From NCBI GenBank assembly GCA_021323675.1, contig JAJPKP010000087.1, positions 10,654 through 74,653 of the forward strand: a stretch of 64,000 bases of DNA. Direction: 5' to 3'. This document shows, piece by piece, positions 1-9,984 of this stretch (position 1 is its first letter; every line of letters begins with the position of its first letter). The notes under the pieces are model-generated. The model was not told the DNA's origin and did no database searches. It saw nothing but the letters and a program-made list of their open reading frames with translations. A program made the translations under genes and the position numbers. This stretch comes from Pseudomonadota bacterium. GTDB lineage: Bacteria > Desulfobacterota > Binatia > Binatales > Binataceae.

Positions 1-625
1 TTTTGGCGTTTTCGAACATCTGCTTCGGATAGATGCGTTCGAGGAACTGGTTGTAAATCACGGTGGGCGCAATCGCATTGACGCGAATTCCCTTGCCTGC
101 GAGTTCTCCCGATGCCGCCCGCGTCAGGCCCATCACGCCGGCCTTCGCCGCCGAGTACGCCGCTTCGCCTCCCGACGATGCCAGCCATCCCGCCGCCGAC
201 GCCATATTCACGATGGCGCCCTTGCCCTGGTTCATCATGTGCGGCACGACGGCGCGGATCGCCCAAAACGTTCCTCTGAGGCACACGTTCATCACGAGAT
301 CCCAGGTCTCGTCGGAGAGCTTCCAGATCGGTTCGAGCTTGTTGATGCCGGCGTTGTTGAAGAGGATGTCGATGCGGCCGAATTTCTCGATCGTTTTGGC
401 CACCGCGTCTTCAATCTGGCTGCGAACGGTGACATCCACGCCAATCCCGAGGACCTCGCGATTGAACTGCTTGCCAAGCGCGGCCGCCGTTTCCTCCGTC
501 CGCTTCGCATGCGCGTCGGTAATGACGACCTGCGCGCCCTCTTCCAGAAAGCGCTCGGCGACCGCGTGGCCAATTCCAGCGCCCGCCCCCGCGGTTATTA
601 GCGCAACCCTGTCTTGCAGCAGCAT
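1..625 (-). CDS. SDR-family oxidoreductase, 3-prime end cut by window edge
   Basis: Minus-strand reading frame runs off the window start, so it is absent from the ORF track. ATG at 625 is preceded by GGAGGA (reverse complement of 631-636). My hand translation starts MLLQDRVALITAGAGAGIGHAVAERFLEEGAQVVITDAHAKRTEETAA. This is a classic Rossmann TGxxxGIG SDR N-terminus. Confidence 0.8.
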   Translation of the reverse strand, partial: MLLQDRVALITAGAGAGIGHAVAERFLEEGAQVVITDAHAKRTEETAAALGKQFNREVLGIGVDVTVRSQIEDAVAKTIEKFGRIDILFNNAGINKLEPIWKLSDETWDLVMNVCLRGTFWAIRAVVPHMMNQGKGAIVNMASAAGWLASSGGEAAYSAAKAGVMGLTRAASGELAGKGIRVNAIAPTVIYNQFLERIYPKQMFENAK

Positions 626-848
626 GATAGTCCTCCCCGTCAAAGTCGCGGATGATCGATGCCTTTGATCTACAACCATGCCGAGGGAATCAGAAGGGGC
701 GGGACGGCAGAGGCAAATCGGCCAGGCGGCCATCAAACCGCAAGTTCGAGGCGGCTAATCCGAACTCGGCGTCAAGCTCCGATGCAAAAGAGTCTCATCT
801 TGCGCGACCGCTCGTGCTATGAATCGATGAGCGCGTCTGAAGCGAAAG

Positions 849-2096
849 GTGCATCCGATGACCACGAACCCCAAGGGCGCCGGAATTTCTCCGGAGCGGC
901 TGAAGATTCTCGACCGCCATCTCCAAACCCGGTACATCGACACCGGCAAAATTCCCGGAGCACTGACTGTCATCTTCAGAAACGGCGAACTGGCCCATCT
1001 GAGCGCCCTCGGCTACGCCGACGTCGAGCGCAAAAAGCCGGTGCGGCCCGAGACCGTGTACCGCATCTATTCGATGAGCAAGCCGATCACGAGCGTCGCC
1101 TTCATGATGCTGGTGGAGCAGGGCCTGGTCGCCCTCGATGATCCCGTGCATCGGGTGATCCCCGAATGGCGCGACCTCGGCGTCTATGAGGGCGGATTCA
1201 TGGAGACTTTTCGCACCCGGCGCCCGGACCGTCCGATGCTCATGATCGATTTGCTGCGCCATACTTCGGGCCTGACCTACGGATTCCAGCAGACGACGAA
1301 CGTCGATGCGGCGTATCGCAAGCTCAAGGTGGGCGAGCGCGCGGGAGAAACGACTCTCGACGACATGATGGCGCAGCTTTCGCTCCTGCCGCTTGAATTC
1401 TCGCCCGGCACCGCCTGGAACTATTCGGTCTCCACCGACGTGCTCGGCTACCTGGTTGGAAAGATCTCGGGCGAGCCGTTCGATCAGTTCCTAAAGAGGC
1501 GGATTTTCGAACCGCTCGGGATGGTTGATACCGGCTTTCACGTCCTTCCCGAGCAGCAGGAGCGCTTCGCTGCCTGCTACGCCGCCACGCCGCGGGGCGG
1601 GATGGTGCTGTTCGACGACCCCGAAAAGAGCATCTACCGCAATCCGCCGCGCCTGCTGTCGGGTGGTGGCGGGATGATATCGACTGCGGGCGACTACCTC
1701 CGCTTCGCCCGGATGCTGCTAAACGGGGGCACCTTGGATGGCGAGCAGATACTCAGCCCGAAAACCATCGAGCTGATGACGCTGAATCATCTGCCGGACG
1801 GCAAGGACCTGCCCGCGCTCTCGCGATCGCTTTTCAGCGAAGTCACGTACAACGGAGTCGGGTTCGGCCTCGGCTTTGCCGTCACAATCGACACCGCGAA
1901 AACGATGATACCCGGCAGCGCGGGCGACTTCGCGTGGGGCGGGGCCGCATCGACGTACTTCTGGATCGACCCGCGAGAGCAGTTGATCACGGTCTTCATG
2001 ACCCAACTGATGCCGTCAACGACCTACGCAATCCGCCGCGAGCTTCGAACGCTTGTCTATTCGTCGTTCGCCAGCTCACGCCGGCCGGTCGCGTAG
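849..2096 (+). CDS. Serine hydrolase, beta-lactamase/EstB-like family
   Basis: 415-aa ORF with an S-x-x-K nucleophile motif (YSMSKPIT) about 75 aa from the N-terminus. Overall length and layout fit class C beta-lactamase-related esterases. Confidence 0.8.
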   Translation: MHPMTTNPKGAGISPERLKILDRHLQTRYIDTGKIPGALTVIFRNGELAHLSALGYADVERKKPVRPETVYRIYSMSKPITSVAFMMLVEQGLVALDDPVHRVIPEWRDLGVYEGGFMETFRTRRPDRPMLMIDLLRHTSGLTYGFQQTTNVDAAYRKLKVGERAGETTLDDMMAQLSLLPLEFSPGTAWNYSVSTDVLGYLVGKISGEPFDQFLKRRIFEPLGMVDTGFHVLPEQQERFAACYAATPRGGMVLFDDPEKSIYRNPPRLLSGGGGMISTAGDYLRFARMLLNGGTLDGEQILSPKTIELMTLNHLPDGKDLPALSRSLFSEVTYNGVGFGLGFAVTIDTAKTMIPGSAGDFAWGGAASTYFWIDPREQLITVFMTQLMPSTTYAIRRELRTLVYSSFASSRRPVA

Positions 2097-2109
2097 ACGA
2101 AAATCGATA

Positions 2110-2130
2110 GCGGCGCGGGATTCGCGCCGC
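2110..2130 (+). terminator. Candidate terminator hairpin after the serine hydrolase gene
   Basis: Perfect 8-bp GC stem gcggcgcg / cgcgccgc with loop ggatt, 14 nt after the stop at 2096. There is no clear T-tract, so it is weak as an intrinsic terminator. Confidence 0.3.
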
Positions 2131-2242
2131 CTACTTCCCGGGTGCGGCGGCGCGTCATCAACATCGAGTTGATCGGACGATCCAAATTCGCCATCAAAGC
2201 TGCTTGGGGGGCTGTTAGCGGTCGCGCGACCGGGGTTGCTCG

Positions 2243-3748
2243 TTGAGAGTCGCATGCTCCATCGGTTTCGTTCAGTCCGCTTTGGTCGCGGCATTGGCGG
2301 CCGCCACTGCTTGCGCGCTCCACGCCTGTACTCCGGCCGCGCAGACATCAACACCGCAGCCAACAGCAGCCCCATCGGTGGCAGCGGCGCCTACGCCCCA
2401 AGCGCCGCCGGCACCACTTGCCCTTTGCCGCCCATCCGGCCTGCCGCCTGCAGATTTGCGATCCAGGCCCGGATACACGCAATTCACGGTAGTCGTTGAT
2501 GATAAATCCGGGGACCGGTAGCCGGACTGACGCAGTCCGACTTTGTCGTTCAATCTGGCGATCGCCGGCTTCCAATCGCCTATTTTCATGAGAACGACAG
2601 TTCGAATTCTCCCGTGTCCCTGGCACTGGTCGTCGATTCGTCGGTAACGATGTACTCGAAGACCGGGGCGGCCAGACCGGAAAAACGTCTCGGAACCCGT
2701 GCCGCGATCGCCGACGCTCTCGACGGGCCTCAACGCCTGCGATGAAGAGGCCCTGATTACGATCGGCGGCAAGAGCGTGCGCCCGAATGGCGCATCTCTC
2801 GCGCCGGTTATGCTCCAACAGCCCTTCACAACCGATATGGATCGCGTGTTGACCGACTACTACGAGACGGTCCCGACCGGCCCCGGCCATCAGCTCGCAG
2901 CCGGGATTCACCGAACTCAGCGTCACTGTCGCCGGGCCCGATTCCGCGCTGCACGACCTCAAGAAATCGGATTTCGCCGCATCGTGCGGCGGGCCGCCTT
3001 GCAAGATCGCGTTCTTCGAGCAGGCGAGCGCCCAGCCCAGATTGGTCGTCTTCGTCATCGACACATCCGGGAGCATGCAACCGAAGCTCCACTCGGTTAC
3101 ACAGGAGCTCGGCGCGATGTTCGACCACCTCAACGCATCCGATTCGGTGGCTGTAATTGCGTTTAACAACAAACCGTACCTGCTGAGCAAACCGATCACG
3201 AATCACCAGTCAGGCAAAAGTGTCCTCAGGTTCCTGGCGGCAAACGGACAGACCGCGATGTATGACACACTCAAGTCGGTCGTTCGCACCTTCAAATCGC
3301 GGACATCGCCGGTGATTATCGTGCTGGTAGCCGACGGAATGGACAACGCGAGCACCACCTCGCGGGATGAGGTTTTGAAGCGGTCACCGACTCAAACATT
3401 CGCGTCTTTGCGATCGGAATCGGAAATACGCGCGACACGAGCCCTGCGGCTTTTCTGAAAGTTGGATCGGTCACGATTGGCGACAGCGGTGCGAATGCCG
3501 TGGATGCACCGACCCTGGATGCGATCGCGAAAGGAAGCGGCGGCCAGGACTTCATTGTCCCGCCAATGAACGAAGACCAGAGCGCGGAATTCCGTTCCGC
3601 CATCAACCAAATCCTGGCTCTCATCAACTCGGGTTACGTCATCGGTGTCGTCGTGCCACCTGGAGGCACCGGGCCGACAATTTCGACTCCGGGCCATCCG
3701 GATCTGCTGCTTCATACCCGAGTCATCGGGAAAACTGCGGGGTCCTAG
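2243..3748 (+). pseudogene. Disrupted lipoprotein gene with two tandem von Willebrand factor A (VWA) domains
   Basis: The N-terminus has a lipoprotein signal (AATACALHAC lipobox). A sensible protein can only be read by changing frame four times. The frame shifts 2 to 1 between 2506 and 2518 (..VVVDDKSG / PVAGLTQSDFVVQ..SLALVVDSSVTM). It shifts 1 to 2 before the stop at 2743 (..AIADALDG / LNACDEEALITIGGKSV). It shifts 2 to 0 near 2895-2910 (..PGHQLAAG / FTELSVTVAGPD..VVFVIDTSGSM). It shifts 0 to 2 near 3373-3385 at a TTTT run (..TSRDEVLK / AVTDSNIRVFAIGIGN..LDAIAKGSGGQDF). MIDAS motifs seen are DSSVT and DTSGS, then GQTAMYD, then ADGMDNAS. Confidence 0.6.
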
Positions 3749-4191
3749 GTGCGCCGCGCGGGATCGAAGATCAGATCGCGCGATCGGATCCACAAATAGA
3801 GCGTGACCAGAACGAGCGACGGGCCGATGCGCGCGGCGGTCTGCACGTGAGTCCATTCGGCGCGCGTGTCCATGTACGCGATTATGAAAATCAGGTAGCT
3901 GACGACGGTCTCGGCCATGTAGAAAAGCCCCAGCAGCAGGCTCCATCGCCTGCCAGTAATCATCCCCACCGCCATCACCCAAAAGACGCCGGCTTCGACC
4001 AGCAGAACGATCTGCGCCTGCGATCCGTAAAACACGCTGCCGCCGATCAGCGCGCGCACGGGCGCGATGTAGCTGGCGAAGGGATCGCCGATAACTGCCG
4101 TCCACACCAGGTAGAAGGACCAGACCAGCGCGATCGCTCCAAAGACGCGGAGATCGAGAGGCCACGGGTACTCCTTGCTTGCGGCCATCAA
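3745..4191 (-). CDS. Small integral membrane protein, unknown function
   Basis: 148-aa ORF with about four hydrophobic helices by eye. I recognise no family. Confidence 0.5.
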   Translation of the reverse strand: MMAASKEYPWPLDLRVFGAIALVWSFYLVWTAVIGDPFASYIAPVRALIGGSVFYGSQAQIVLLVEAGVFWVMAVGMITGRRWSLLLGLFYMAETVVSYLIFIIAYMDTRAEWTHVQTAARIGPSLVLVTLYLWIRSRDLIFDPARRT

Positions 4192-4258
4192 TTTACAGCT
4201 ATCAACCGCGGAGCTTGCGCTTCAAGGCTTCGTAACCATCCGCCGGCCGATCGCGCTC

Positions 4259-6340
4259 TCAGGCGACGGCAACGGCTTCGGGCTTGAGCAGCAGGCGGCG
4301 GGCGGCCTCGATGCAATCGGAGGTTCCGGTAAGACCGATCACATCGCCCTCGCGCAGAACTTCCTCTCCGCTGGCGACGATTATGTGGTTGTCGCCCCGC
4401 GAGATTGCGATCGCCGCGGCGCCGGTCTCCGCGCGAAGATCGATCGACGACAAGGTTTTGCCGATGGCCGCGGCGCCCGGTTCGAGCCGCACCGGCGTGA
4501 TCATGCCGAACCCGGGGATATTCTCTTCCAGTTGCGCCGCCGCGCGCGCACCGGTGAGAGAATGCGTCAGCAGATCCATCAGATGATGCATCTGCCCGTG
4601 CATCTTCTGGACGCTGCGGAAGATGACAATACCCATAAGGACCGCCCCGATAACCGCGATTCCAATCCCTTCCAGCGGCTCGAGGAACGGCTGAAGGAGC
4701 GCCAGCAGCGGCACGACGACAACCAGCAGCAGGGTGGCCTGCAAGATCGAAATCAGGGCGAGAGCCGGACCGTTCAGCGCGCCGGTGGCGGCATCGTGAG
4801 TCTGCTCGTCGGAGAGCGTTTTCATCACCAGGGTATGCGCAAGCCGCCGCGCGCCCAGGTACATCGCGGCCGCGAACGGGGCGCTCAAGAGCAGCGCGAT
4901 GAGATCGACCAGAATCTCGCTCTCGAGAAAGTCCAGGCGCGCCAACTCTCGCACCGTGTCGGTGATGCCGATGTAATCGACGTCGTTGCCGATCATGAGT
5001 GCCACGATCGCAATCGCGCCCCCGCCAAGCATCAGGATCGGCCACGCGACGGTCCCGATCGGCACCGCGCCGCGCCTCAGCCTTTCCATCATCGAATCGT
5101 ACATCCCCTGCGTGGCGCCTACTCGGTTCGGCATATGGCCGCTGATGAACTGCGCGAGCGGAACCGAAGCCCGGATCATGAACGGAGTGGTGAAGGTCGT
5201 AATCGCCGAGACGGCGATGGCAAGAGTGTAGAGGAAGTCGCGGGTGGCGTGGGTCGAGATTCCAAGCCCGGCGATGATGAACGAGAACTCGCCGATCTGC
5301 GTGAGGCTCATCCCCGCCTGCACCGACGTACGCACGCCGACGCCCGAAAGCAGCGAGGCCAGCGTAACGCCGAACAGTTTTCCCAGTATCACCGTCAGGA
5401 CCAGCACCGTGAGCGCCATCCAATGCTCCGCGATGAGCGCCGGCTCGATCATCATCCCGACTGAAACGAAGAACACCGCGCCGAAGATGTCCCGCACCGG
5501 CGCAACCAGATGCTCGATGCTGTCGGAGTCGCCCGATTCCGCAACCAGAGAACCCGCCAGAAAGGCGCCCAGTGCAACCGAGTACCCGGCGTGCTCCGCG
5601 ATGATTGCGAGCGCGAAGCAGATTCCGATACTCGCGATAAGCGTCGTCTCGGGCCGCCGCAGCCGCACCACCATCCGAATCGCCCGCGGAACGATGAGCA
5701 AGCCTCCTCCCACCAGCGCCAGCAGGAACAGGCCCAGCTTACCCACCGTCACCAGCATCATGTGGGCGCTCAGTCCCACGCCGGAAGCCAGTCCGGTGAG
5801 CACCGCCAGCAGCATCACAGCGGTCAGGTCTTCCGCGAGCAGGACCCCGAAAACCAGATCGCTGACATGGGGGCTGATTTTGCCTTGCTCATTGAAGGCC
5901 TTGGCAACGATCGTCGTGCTGGATATGGACAGCGCCACGCCGGTGAAAATGCCTTCGAGCTCCGTCCATCCCATCGCGCGCGCAACTACGTACCCGAGCC
6001 AGACCATCAACCCCACCTGCAGAGCGGTAACAAATCCGGCGGTAGGACCGAGACGCAGGAGTTTTCGGATGCTGAACTCCAGCCCCAGCGCATACATCAA
6101 CAGGATGACGCCGAACTCGGAGAGCGCCTGGACGCGCTGAGAGTCGGCGAGAAGAGGAATCGGCACGTGCGGCCCGACGATCATTCCCGCGATTAGGTAG
6201 CCGACCACGACCGGCTGGCGGATGGCCTGAAACAGGACCGTCGTCACCGCGGCAACGCAAAGTACGAGGCCCAGGTCTTCAAGAAAAGTGTGGGTAACTA
6301 GCAGGCTATGCACCCCCGATTCGCGCAAAATATTATGCAT
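4259..6340 (-). CDS. Cation:proton antiporter (CPA2/Kef-like) with C-terminal RCK_C (TrkA-C) domain
   Basis: The track ORF is 4259-6430. I prefer the ATG at 6340 (MHNILRES..) because the upstream 30 aa are Arg/Pro/Cys-rich. The membrane domain has VGYLIAGMIVGP and EFGVILLMYALGLEF. The C-terminus (GKTLSSIDLRAETGAAAIAISRGDNHIIVASGEEVLREGDVIGLTG) is RCK_C-like. Confidence 0.8.
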   Translation of the reverse strand: MHNILRESGVHSLLVTHTFLEDLGLVLCVAAVTTVLFQAIRQPVVVGYLIAGMIVGPHVPIPLLADSQRVQALSEFGVILLMYALGLEFSIRKLLRLGPTAGFVTALQVGLMVWLGYVVARAMGWTELEGIFTGVALSISSTTIVAKAFNEQGKISPHVSDLVFGVLLAEDLTAVMLLAVLTGLASGVGLSAHMMLVTVGKLGLFLLALVGGGLLIVPRAIRMVVRLRRPETTLIASIGICFALAIIAEHAGYSVALGAFLAGSLVAESGDSDSIEHLVAPVRDIFGAVFFVSVGMMIEPALIAEHWMALTVLVLTVILGKLFGVTLASLLSGVGVRTSVQAGMSLTQIGEFSFIIAGLGISTHATRDFLYTLAIAVSAITTFTTPFMIRASVPLAQFISGHMPNRVGATQGMYDSMMERLRRGAVPIGTVAWPILMLGGGAIAIVALMIGNDVDYIGITDTVRELARLDFLESEILVDLIALLLSAPFAAAMYLGARRLAHTLVMKTLSDEQTHDAATGALNGPALALISILQATLLLVVVVPLLALLQPFLEPLEGIGIAVIGAVLMGIVIFRSVQKMHGQMHHLMDLLTHSLTGARAAAQLEENIPGFGMITPVRLEPGAAAIGKTLSSIDLRAETGAAAIAISRGDNHIIVASGEEVLREGDVIGLTGTSDCIEAARRLLLKPEAVAVA

Positions 6341-6473
6341 TTTCGCCGGGCAGTTACAGCTTCGCCCCGGGCATCGAGGCGGAGCCGGACCGGCGCCGCG
6401 ACATGATTCGCGCGGGTGCGGACGGCTCAACCGCCCGCGCCCGTTTTTTATTGATGGTGAGATTTACCCGGTT

Positions 6474-7634
6474 TCAGACGTTCGCGACTCGCGGCATCAC
6501 TTTGGTCCAGAACAGCTCGATCGTCTTCATCAGCCTGTCATGCGGCAACAACCCGTTATACATCCAGGCGAAAATCCATCGCACCGGGAGCCGTTTCATG
6601 AACGATTCGATCTGCCGCGTAACGGTGTCCACCGTTCCCACGAAGGCGAGGCCGTCGTTCCACAGATCGGCGCGCTCTTTGGTCTCGGGATCTTCCATCC
6701 CGGCCGAGAAGCCGAAGGGTTCGAACCATTCGTGCCCGCAGAAGTAGCCGCTTTCGTGCCAGATGGCGCGCGCTTCATCGTCGGTGTCCGCGATGATCAC
6801 GTCGCGCAGGACTCCCATCCCCTCTCCGAGCGGATTTCCCGACACGCTGGAGTAGAGCCTGCACAACTGCATCTCGTACTTCGGATGGAGCGGCGGAAGG
6901 ATCGCCGTGACACCTTCCTGCGCGCACCAGCGGATGCTGCGTTCCGATGACGCGAAGGGTTGAAACAGAGGAGGATGCGGTTTCTGCACCGGCTTGGGCA
7001 CGACCGCGACGGAGCGCACGACGCCGTTCTCGACCCCGCCGCCCCACTTTCGGGTCGCATCGAGCGTCCACGGCGTGTCTCCGGGCGGCACCCGCCAGTA
7101 TTTCCCGTTGTAGGAAAGAAACTCTTCCGTCCACGCTTTCTTGATGATCCGGAAGCATTCTTCGAAAGCCGCCCGGTTCGCCGCGTCGATTTCATCGTGC
7201 TGATGAGGCAGCGCGCCGTGGATTCCGTGGGTCTGCTGCGCCATCACGTCAACCCATCGCCGCTGATAGCCGCGGGCGAAGCCGGCGTTGGCGCGCCCGC
7301 CCGACATATGATCGAGCATCGCGATGTCCTCGGCGACGCGAATCGGATTCTGGGACGGCAGCACAATTCCAAGCTGTCCGACGCGCAACCGCTTGGTTTG
7401 CATCGCGATATAAAGATCGAGCAGCACAGGATTGTTCGAGAGCTCGAAGCCTTCGACATGAAAATGATGCTCGGTGAAGCTGATCGAATCGTACCCGAGA
7501 TCGTCCGCCAGCCGCGCCTGTTCCGAGATCTCGCGCAGCATGCAGTCGTAAGCTGCTCCGTCGAGCCCGACTTTGCCTTTCTCGATTTGCTCCCTGGTGC
7601 CGACGGTCGGCAGATAAAATAGCGATACCTTCAT
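6474..7634 (-). CDS. Luciferase-like (LLM class) flavin/F420-dependent oxidoreductase
   Basis: The real start is the ATG at 7634 (MKVSLFYLPTVG..), preceded by AGAGGA. The 749-aa track ORF is a read-through extension. Motifs SFTEHHF, NPIRVAEDIAMLDHMSGGR and GFARGY are typical of the LLM family. It is a paralog of 61497-62768. Confidence 0.8.
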   Translation of the reverse strand: MKVSLFYLPTVGTREQIEKGKVGLDGAAYDCMLREISEQARLADDLGYDSISFTEHHFHVEGFELSNNPVLLDLYIAMQTKRLRVGQLGIVLPSQNPIRVAEDIAMLDHMSGGRANAGFARGYQRRWVDVMAQQTHGIHGALPHQHDEIDAANRAAFEECFRIIKKAWTEEFLSYNGKYWRVPPGDTPWTLDATRKWGGGVENGVVRSVAVVPKPVQKPHPPLFQPFASSERSIRWCAQEGVTAILPPLHPKYEMQLCRLYSSVSGNPLGEGMGVLRDVIIADTDDEARAIWHESGYFCGHEWFEPFGFSAGMEDPETKERADLWNDGLAFVGTVDTVTRQIESFMKRLPVRWIFAWMYNGLLPHDRLMKTIELFWTKVMPRVANV

Positions 7635-7708
7635 AACATCCTCTGCAAGCGCGCTCCGGCGCCGTCCGTTTGCCCGACTGTAGAACCAACCGCGTCGCGG
7701 CGGCAAGT

Positions 7709-8155
7709 TCAGAGAGTGCGTTTTCGGCGCCACGGAATCTCGGGCGGAACAATCAGCAACGTCGCCACGATTGCCAGGGTAAAGCCGTAGTACAGCGCGG
7801 TGAAGACCGCCGCAGGCCAATCGTGGAAGACGATGCGGTGGGTCCAATAGGTGATGAAGTCGGCGGGGTAGCCTGCCTGTCCGGCTCGCCGCCGCAACGC
7901 ATTCTCCAGCACAGTCAGCGGGCAAGCCATCCCCGCAATCGTTTCGACGCACACCAGCGCAATGGCGGCCAGATGAAGGATGCGAAACCAGAAATTGCGG
8001 ACCCAGCGCGCGCCCAACGCCGCGCCGGCGATGATTGCGCCCAGACCCAACATCACGAATGCGACGTAAGCCAGATGAAACAGCGCTACGGCATCCGCCA
8101 GCAGGCTCCATCGCGTCATCACAGCCATCATTGCGCTTTTTCCGATCCGGCGCAC
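7709..8155 (-). CDS. DUF2784-like membrane protein
   Basis: 148-aa ORF with hydrophobic helices and the CPLT-x-LE-x-x-LRRRAG motif that I associate with DUF2784. The family call is from memory only. Confidence 0.55.
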   Translation of the reverse strand: MRRIGKSAMMAVMTRWSLLADAVALFHLAYVAFVMLGLGAIIAGAALGARWVRNFWFRILHLAAIALVCVETIAGMACPLTVLENALRRRAGQAGYPADFITYWTHRIVFHDWPAAVFTALYYGFTLAIVATLLIVPPEIPWRRKRTL

Positions 8156-8246
8156 CGGCGAGTCTTTGCAGGCGCCAAACAGCCGGGGTTATACTCGCCC
8201 ATCGCCCGCGCCTGAGGTGCCGGGATGGCGACAGGAGAGTGAGCCG

Positions 8247-9038
8247 ATGCGGCTTGAAAACAAGGTAGCACTGATCACGGGCGCCGGTTCGGGAATCGGC
8301 GAGGCAACCGCGAAAACCTTCGCGCGCGAAGGAGCGCGCGTCGTCGTAGCGGATCTCAACGACGACGGCGGCCGCCGCGTCGCATCGCAGATCCGCAGCG
8401 CCGGCGGTGAAGCGGAATTCTTTCACGCCGATGTCGGAGCGCCGCGGGAAATCGAGGCGATGATCAAGTTCGCGGCCGATCGCTACGGCCGCCTGGATAT
8501 TCTGCACAACAACGCGATCTTCACCACGGTCGGGCGCGTTGGAGAAATCACCCTCGAGGGATGGCAAAAGACCGTGGATGTCGGCTTGACCGCGTATTGG
8601 TACGCGACCAAATGCGCGATCGAGGTGATGCTCCCTCAGAAGCGAGGCGCGATCGTCAACACCGCATCGGTTTCCGGCCTTGCGGGAGATTACACGCTGG
8701 GCGCATACAACGCCGTCAAGCATGGAGTGGTGGCGCTGACCAAAGCAACCGGCATCGAATACGCGCGCAAGGGAATTCGCTGCAACGCCGTCTGCCCGGG
8801 TCCAATCGGCACGCCTCCGCTGCTCCGGCTCGAGGATTCACGCCCCGACGTACTCGCGCGCATTCGCGAGGCGATTCCGATGGGCCGGCTCGGCGAACCG
8901 CAGGAGATCGCGAACGTCGTCCTGTTCCTTGCGTCCGACGAAGCTTCATTCGTTACGGGGGCCTTCTTTGTAGCCGACGGCGGCTTGTGGGCGCATTCCG
9001 GGATGCCGAGCCTGTCCGGCCAGGGTCCGGAGTGGTAA
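8247..9038 (+). CDS. SDR-family oxidoreductase
   Basis: ATG at 8247 (MRLENKVALITGAGSGIGEA..) is preceded by GGAGAG. TGxxxGIG, NNAI and Y-x-x-x-K (YNAVKHG) motifs are present. The track ORF start at 8166 is an extension. Confidence 0.85.
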   Translation: MRLENKVALITGAGSGIGEATAKTFAREGARVVVADLNDDGGRRVASQIRSAGGEAEFFHADVGAPREIEAMIKFAADRYGRLDILHNNAIFTTVGRVGEITLEGWQKTVDVGLTAYWYATKCAIEVMLPQKRGAIVNTASVSGLAGDYTLGAYNAVKHGVVALTKATGIEYARKGIRCNAVCPGPIGTPPLLRLEDSRPDVLARIREAIPMGRLGEPQEIANVVLFLASDEASFVTGAFFVADGGLWAHSGMPSLSGQGPEW

Positions 9039-9068
9039 CAGTTCTTTCCGATTCGGAGGGCTAACAAG

Positions 9069-9959
9069 ATGTCACAGCAGCAGCTTCAAAGTCTGGTCGC
9101 GATGCTCAAATCGCGGCCGATCGACCCCAACGCCTCGATTCAGGACACGCGCGCCGGTTTCGAACAGATGGCGAGCCTGTTCCCGGTCGAGGCGGACGTA
9201 AAGTGCGAACCGGTAAGCGCGGGCGGGGTGAAATCCGAATGGGTGGCCGCGCCGGGAGCCGATCCGAACCGTTCAATCCTGTATCTGCACGGCGGCGGCT
9301 ACGTGATTGGATCGATCAACACCCATCGCTCGCTCGCAGGACGCCTCTCCAGGGCATCGCAGGCGCGCGTGCTGGTCATCGACTACCGCCTCGCTCCCGA
9401 GCATCCGCATCCGGCGGCCGTCGATGACTCGGTCGCAGCCTATCGATGGATGCTGCAGCAGGGCTTGCAGCCGTCGAAGATCGCGGTGTCGGGCGACTCA
9501 GCGGGCGGAGGCCTCACCGTAGCGACCCTGGTTGCGATTCGCGATGCGAAGCTGCCGCTGCCCGCGGCCGGCGCGCCCATCTCGCCCTGGGTCGATCTCG
9601 AAGGCGTCGGCGAGTCGATGACCAGCAAGGCGGGAGTGGACCCGATCGTGCAAAAGGCCGGACTTCTGCAGATGGCGCAGGCATACCTCGGCGGAAAGGA
9701 TCCGCGTACGCCTCTGGCCGCTCCGCTTTACGCCGATCTCTCCGGATTGCCTCCGCTTCTCATCCAGGTAGGCACGGCGGAGACGTTGCTCGACGACGCC
9801 GCGCGCCTGGCGGAACGCGCAAAGAAGGCTGGCGTGAATGTTTCCTACGAGCCGTGGGAGAACATGATCCACGTGTGGCATCTGTTCGCGCCGATGCTGG
9901 ATGAAGGACAGCAGGCGATCCAGCGGATCGGCGAGTTCGTACGCCAGCGCACCGCTTGA
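9069..9959 (+). CDS. Alpha/beta hydrolase, hormone-sensitive-lipase-like esterase (family IV)
   Basis: HGGGY oxyanion motif (LYLHGGGYVIGS) and nucleophile elbow GDSAGGG are present. RBS GGAGGG lies upstream. Confidence 0.85.
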   Translation: MSQQQLQSLVAMLKSRPIDPNASIQDTRAGFEQMASLFPVEADVKCEPVSAGGVKSEWVAAPGADPNRSILYLHGGGYVIGSINTHRSLAGRLSRASQARVLVIDYRLAPEHPHPAAVDDSVAAYRWMLQQGLQPSKIAVSGDSAGGGLTVATLVAIRDAKLPLPAAGAPISPWVDLEGVGESMTSKAGVDPIVQKAGLLQMAQAYLGGKDPRTPLAAPLYADLSGLPPLLIQVGTAETLLDDAARLAERAKKAGVNVSYEPWENMIHVWHLFAPMLDEGQQAIQRIGEFVRQRTA

Positions 9960-9984
9960 ACCGGCGGCGAGGCGATGAGCGGAA

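Noticed and set aside
2348-3199. 283-aa and 185-aa minus-strand ORFs across the VWA region, as alternatives to the pseudogene reading.
   Set aside because: Their translations have no domain features. The plus strand, read with frame changes, yields two complete VWA/MIDAS domains and a lipobox, which is a much better explanation.
4175-5464. Long ORFs (429 aa on plus, 411 aa on minus in another frame) overlapping the CPA2 antiporter gene.
   Set aside because: Their translations are Arg/Gly/Asp/His-rich low-complexity strings with no motifs. The 4259-6340 minus frame gives a coherent membrane transporter. These are typical GC-rich shadow ORFs.
6474-8723. A 749-aa ORF suggesting a large fusion protein.
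   Set aside because: Only the last 386 aa (from ATG 7634, with a good RBS) are LLM-like. The upstream part runs antisense through the DUF2784 and SDR genes and is Arg/Ala-rich. It is a read-through extension, not a real N-terminus.
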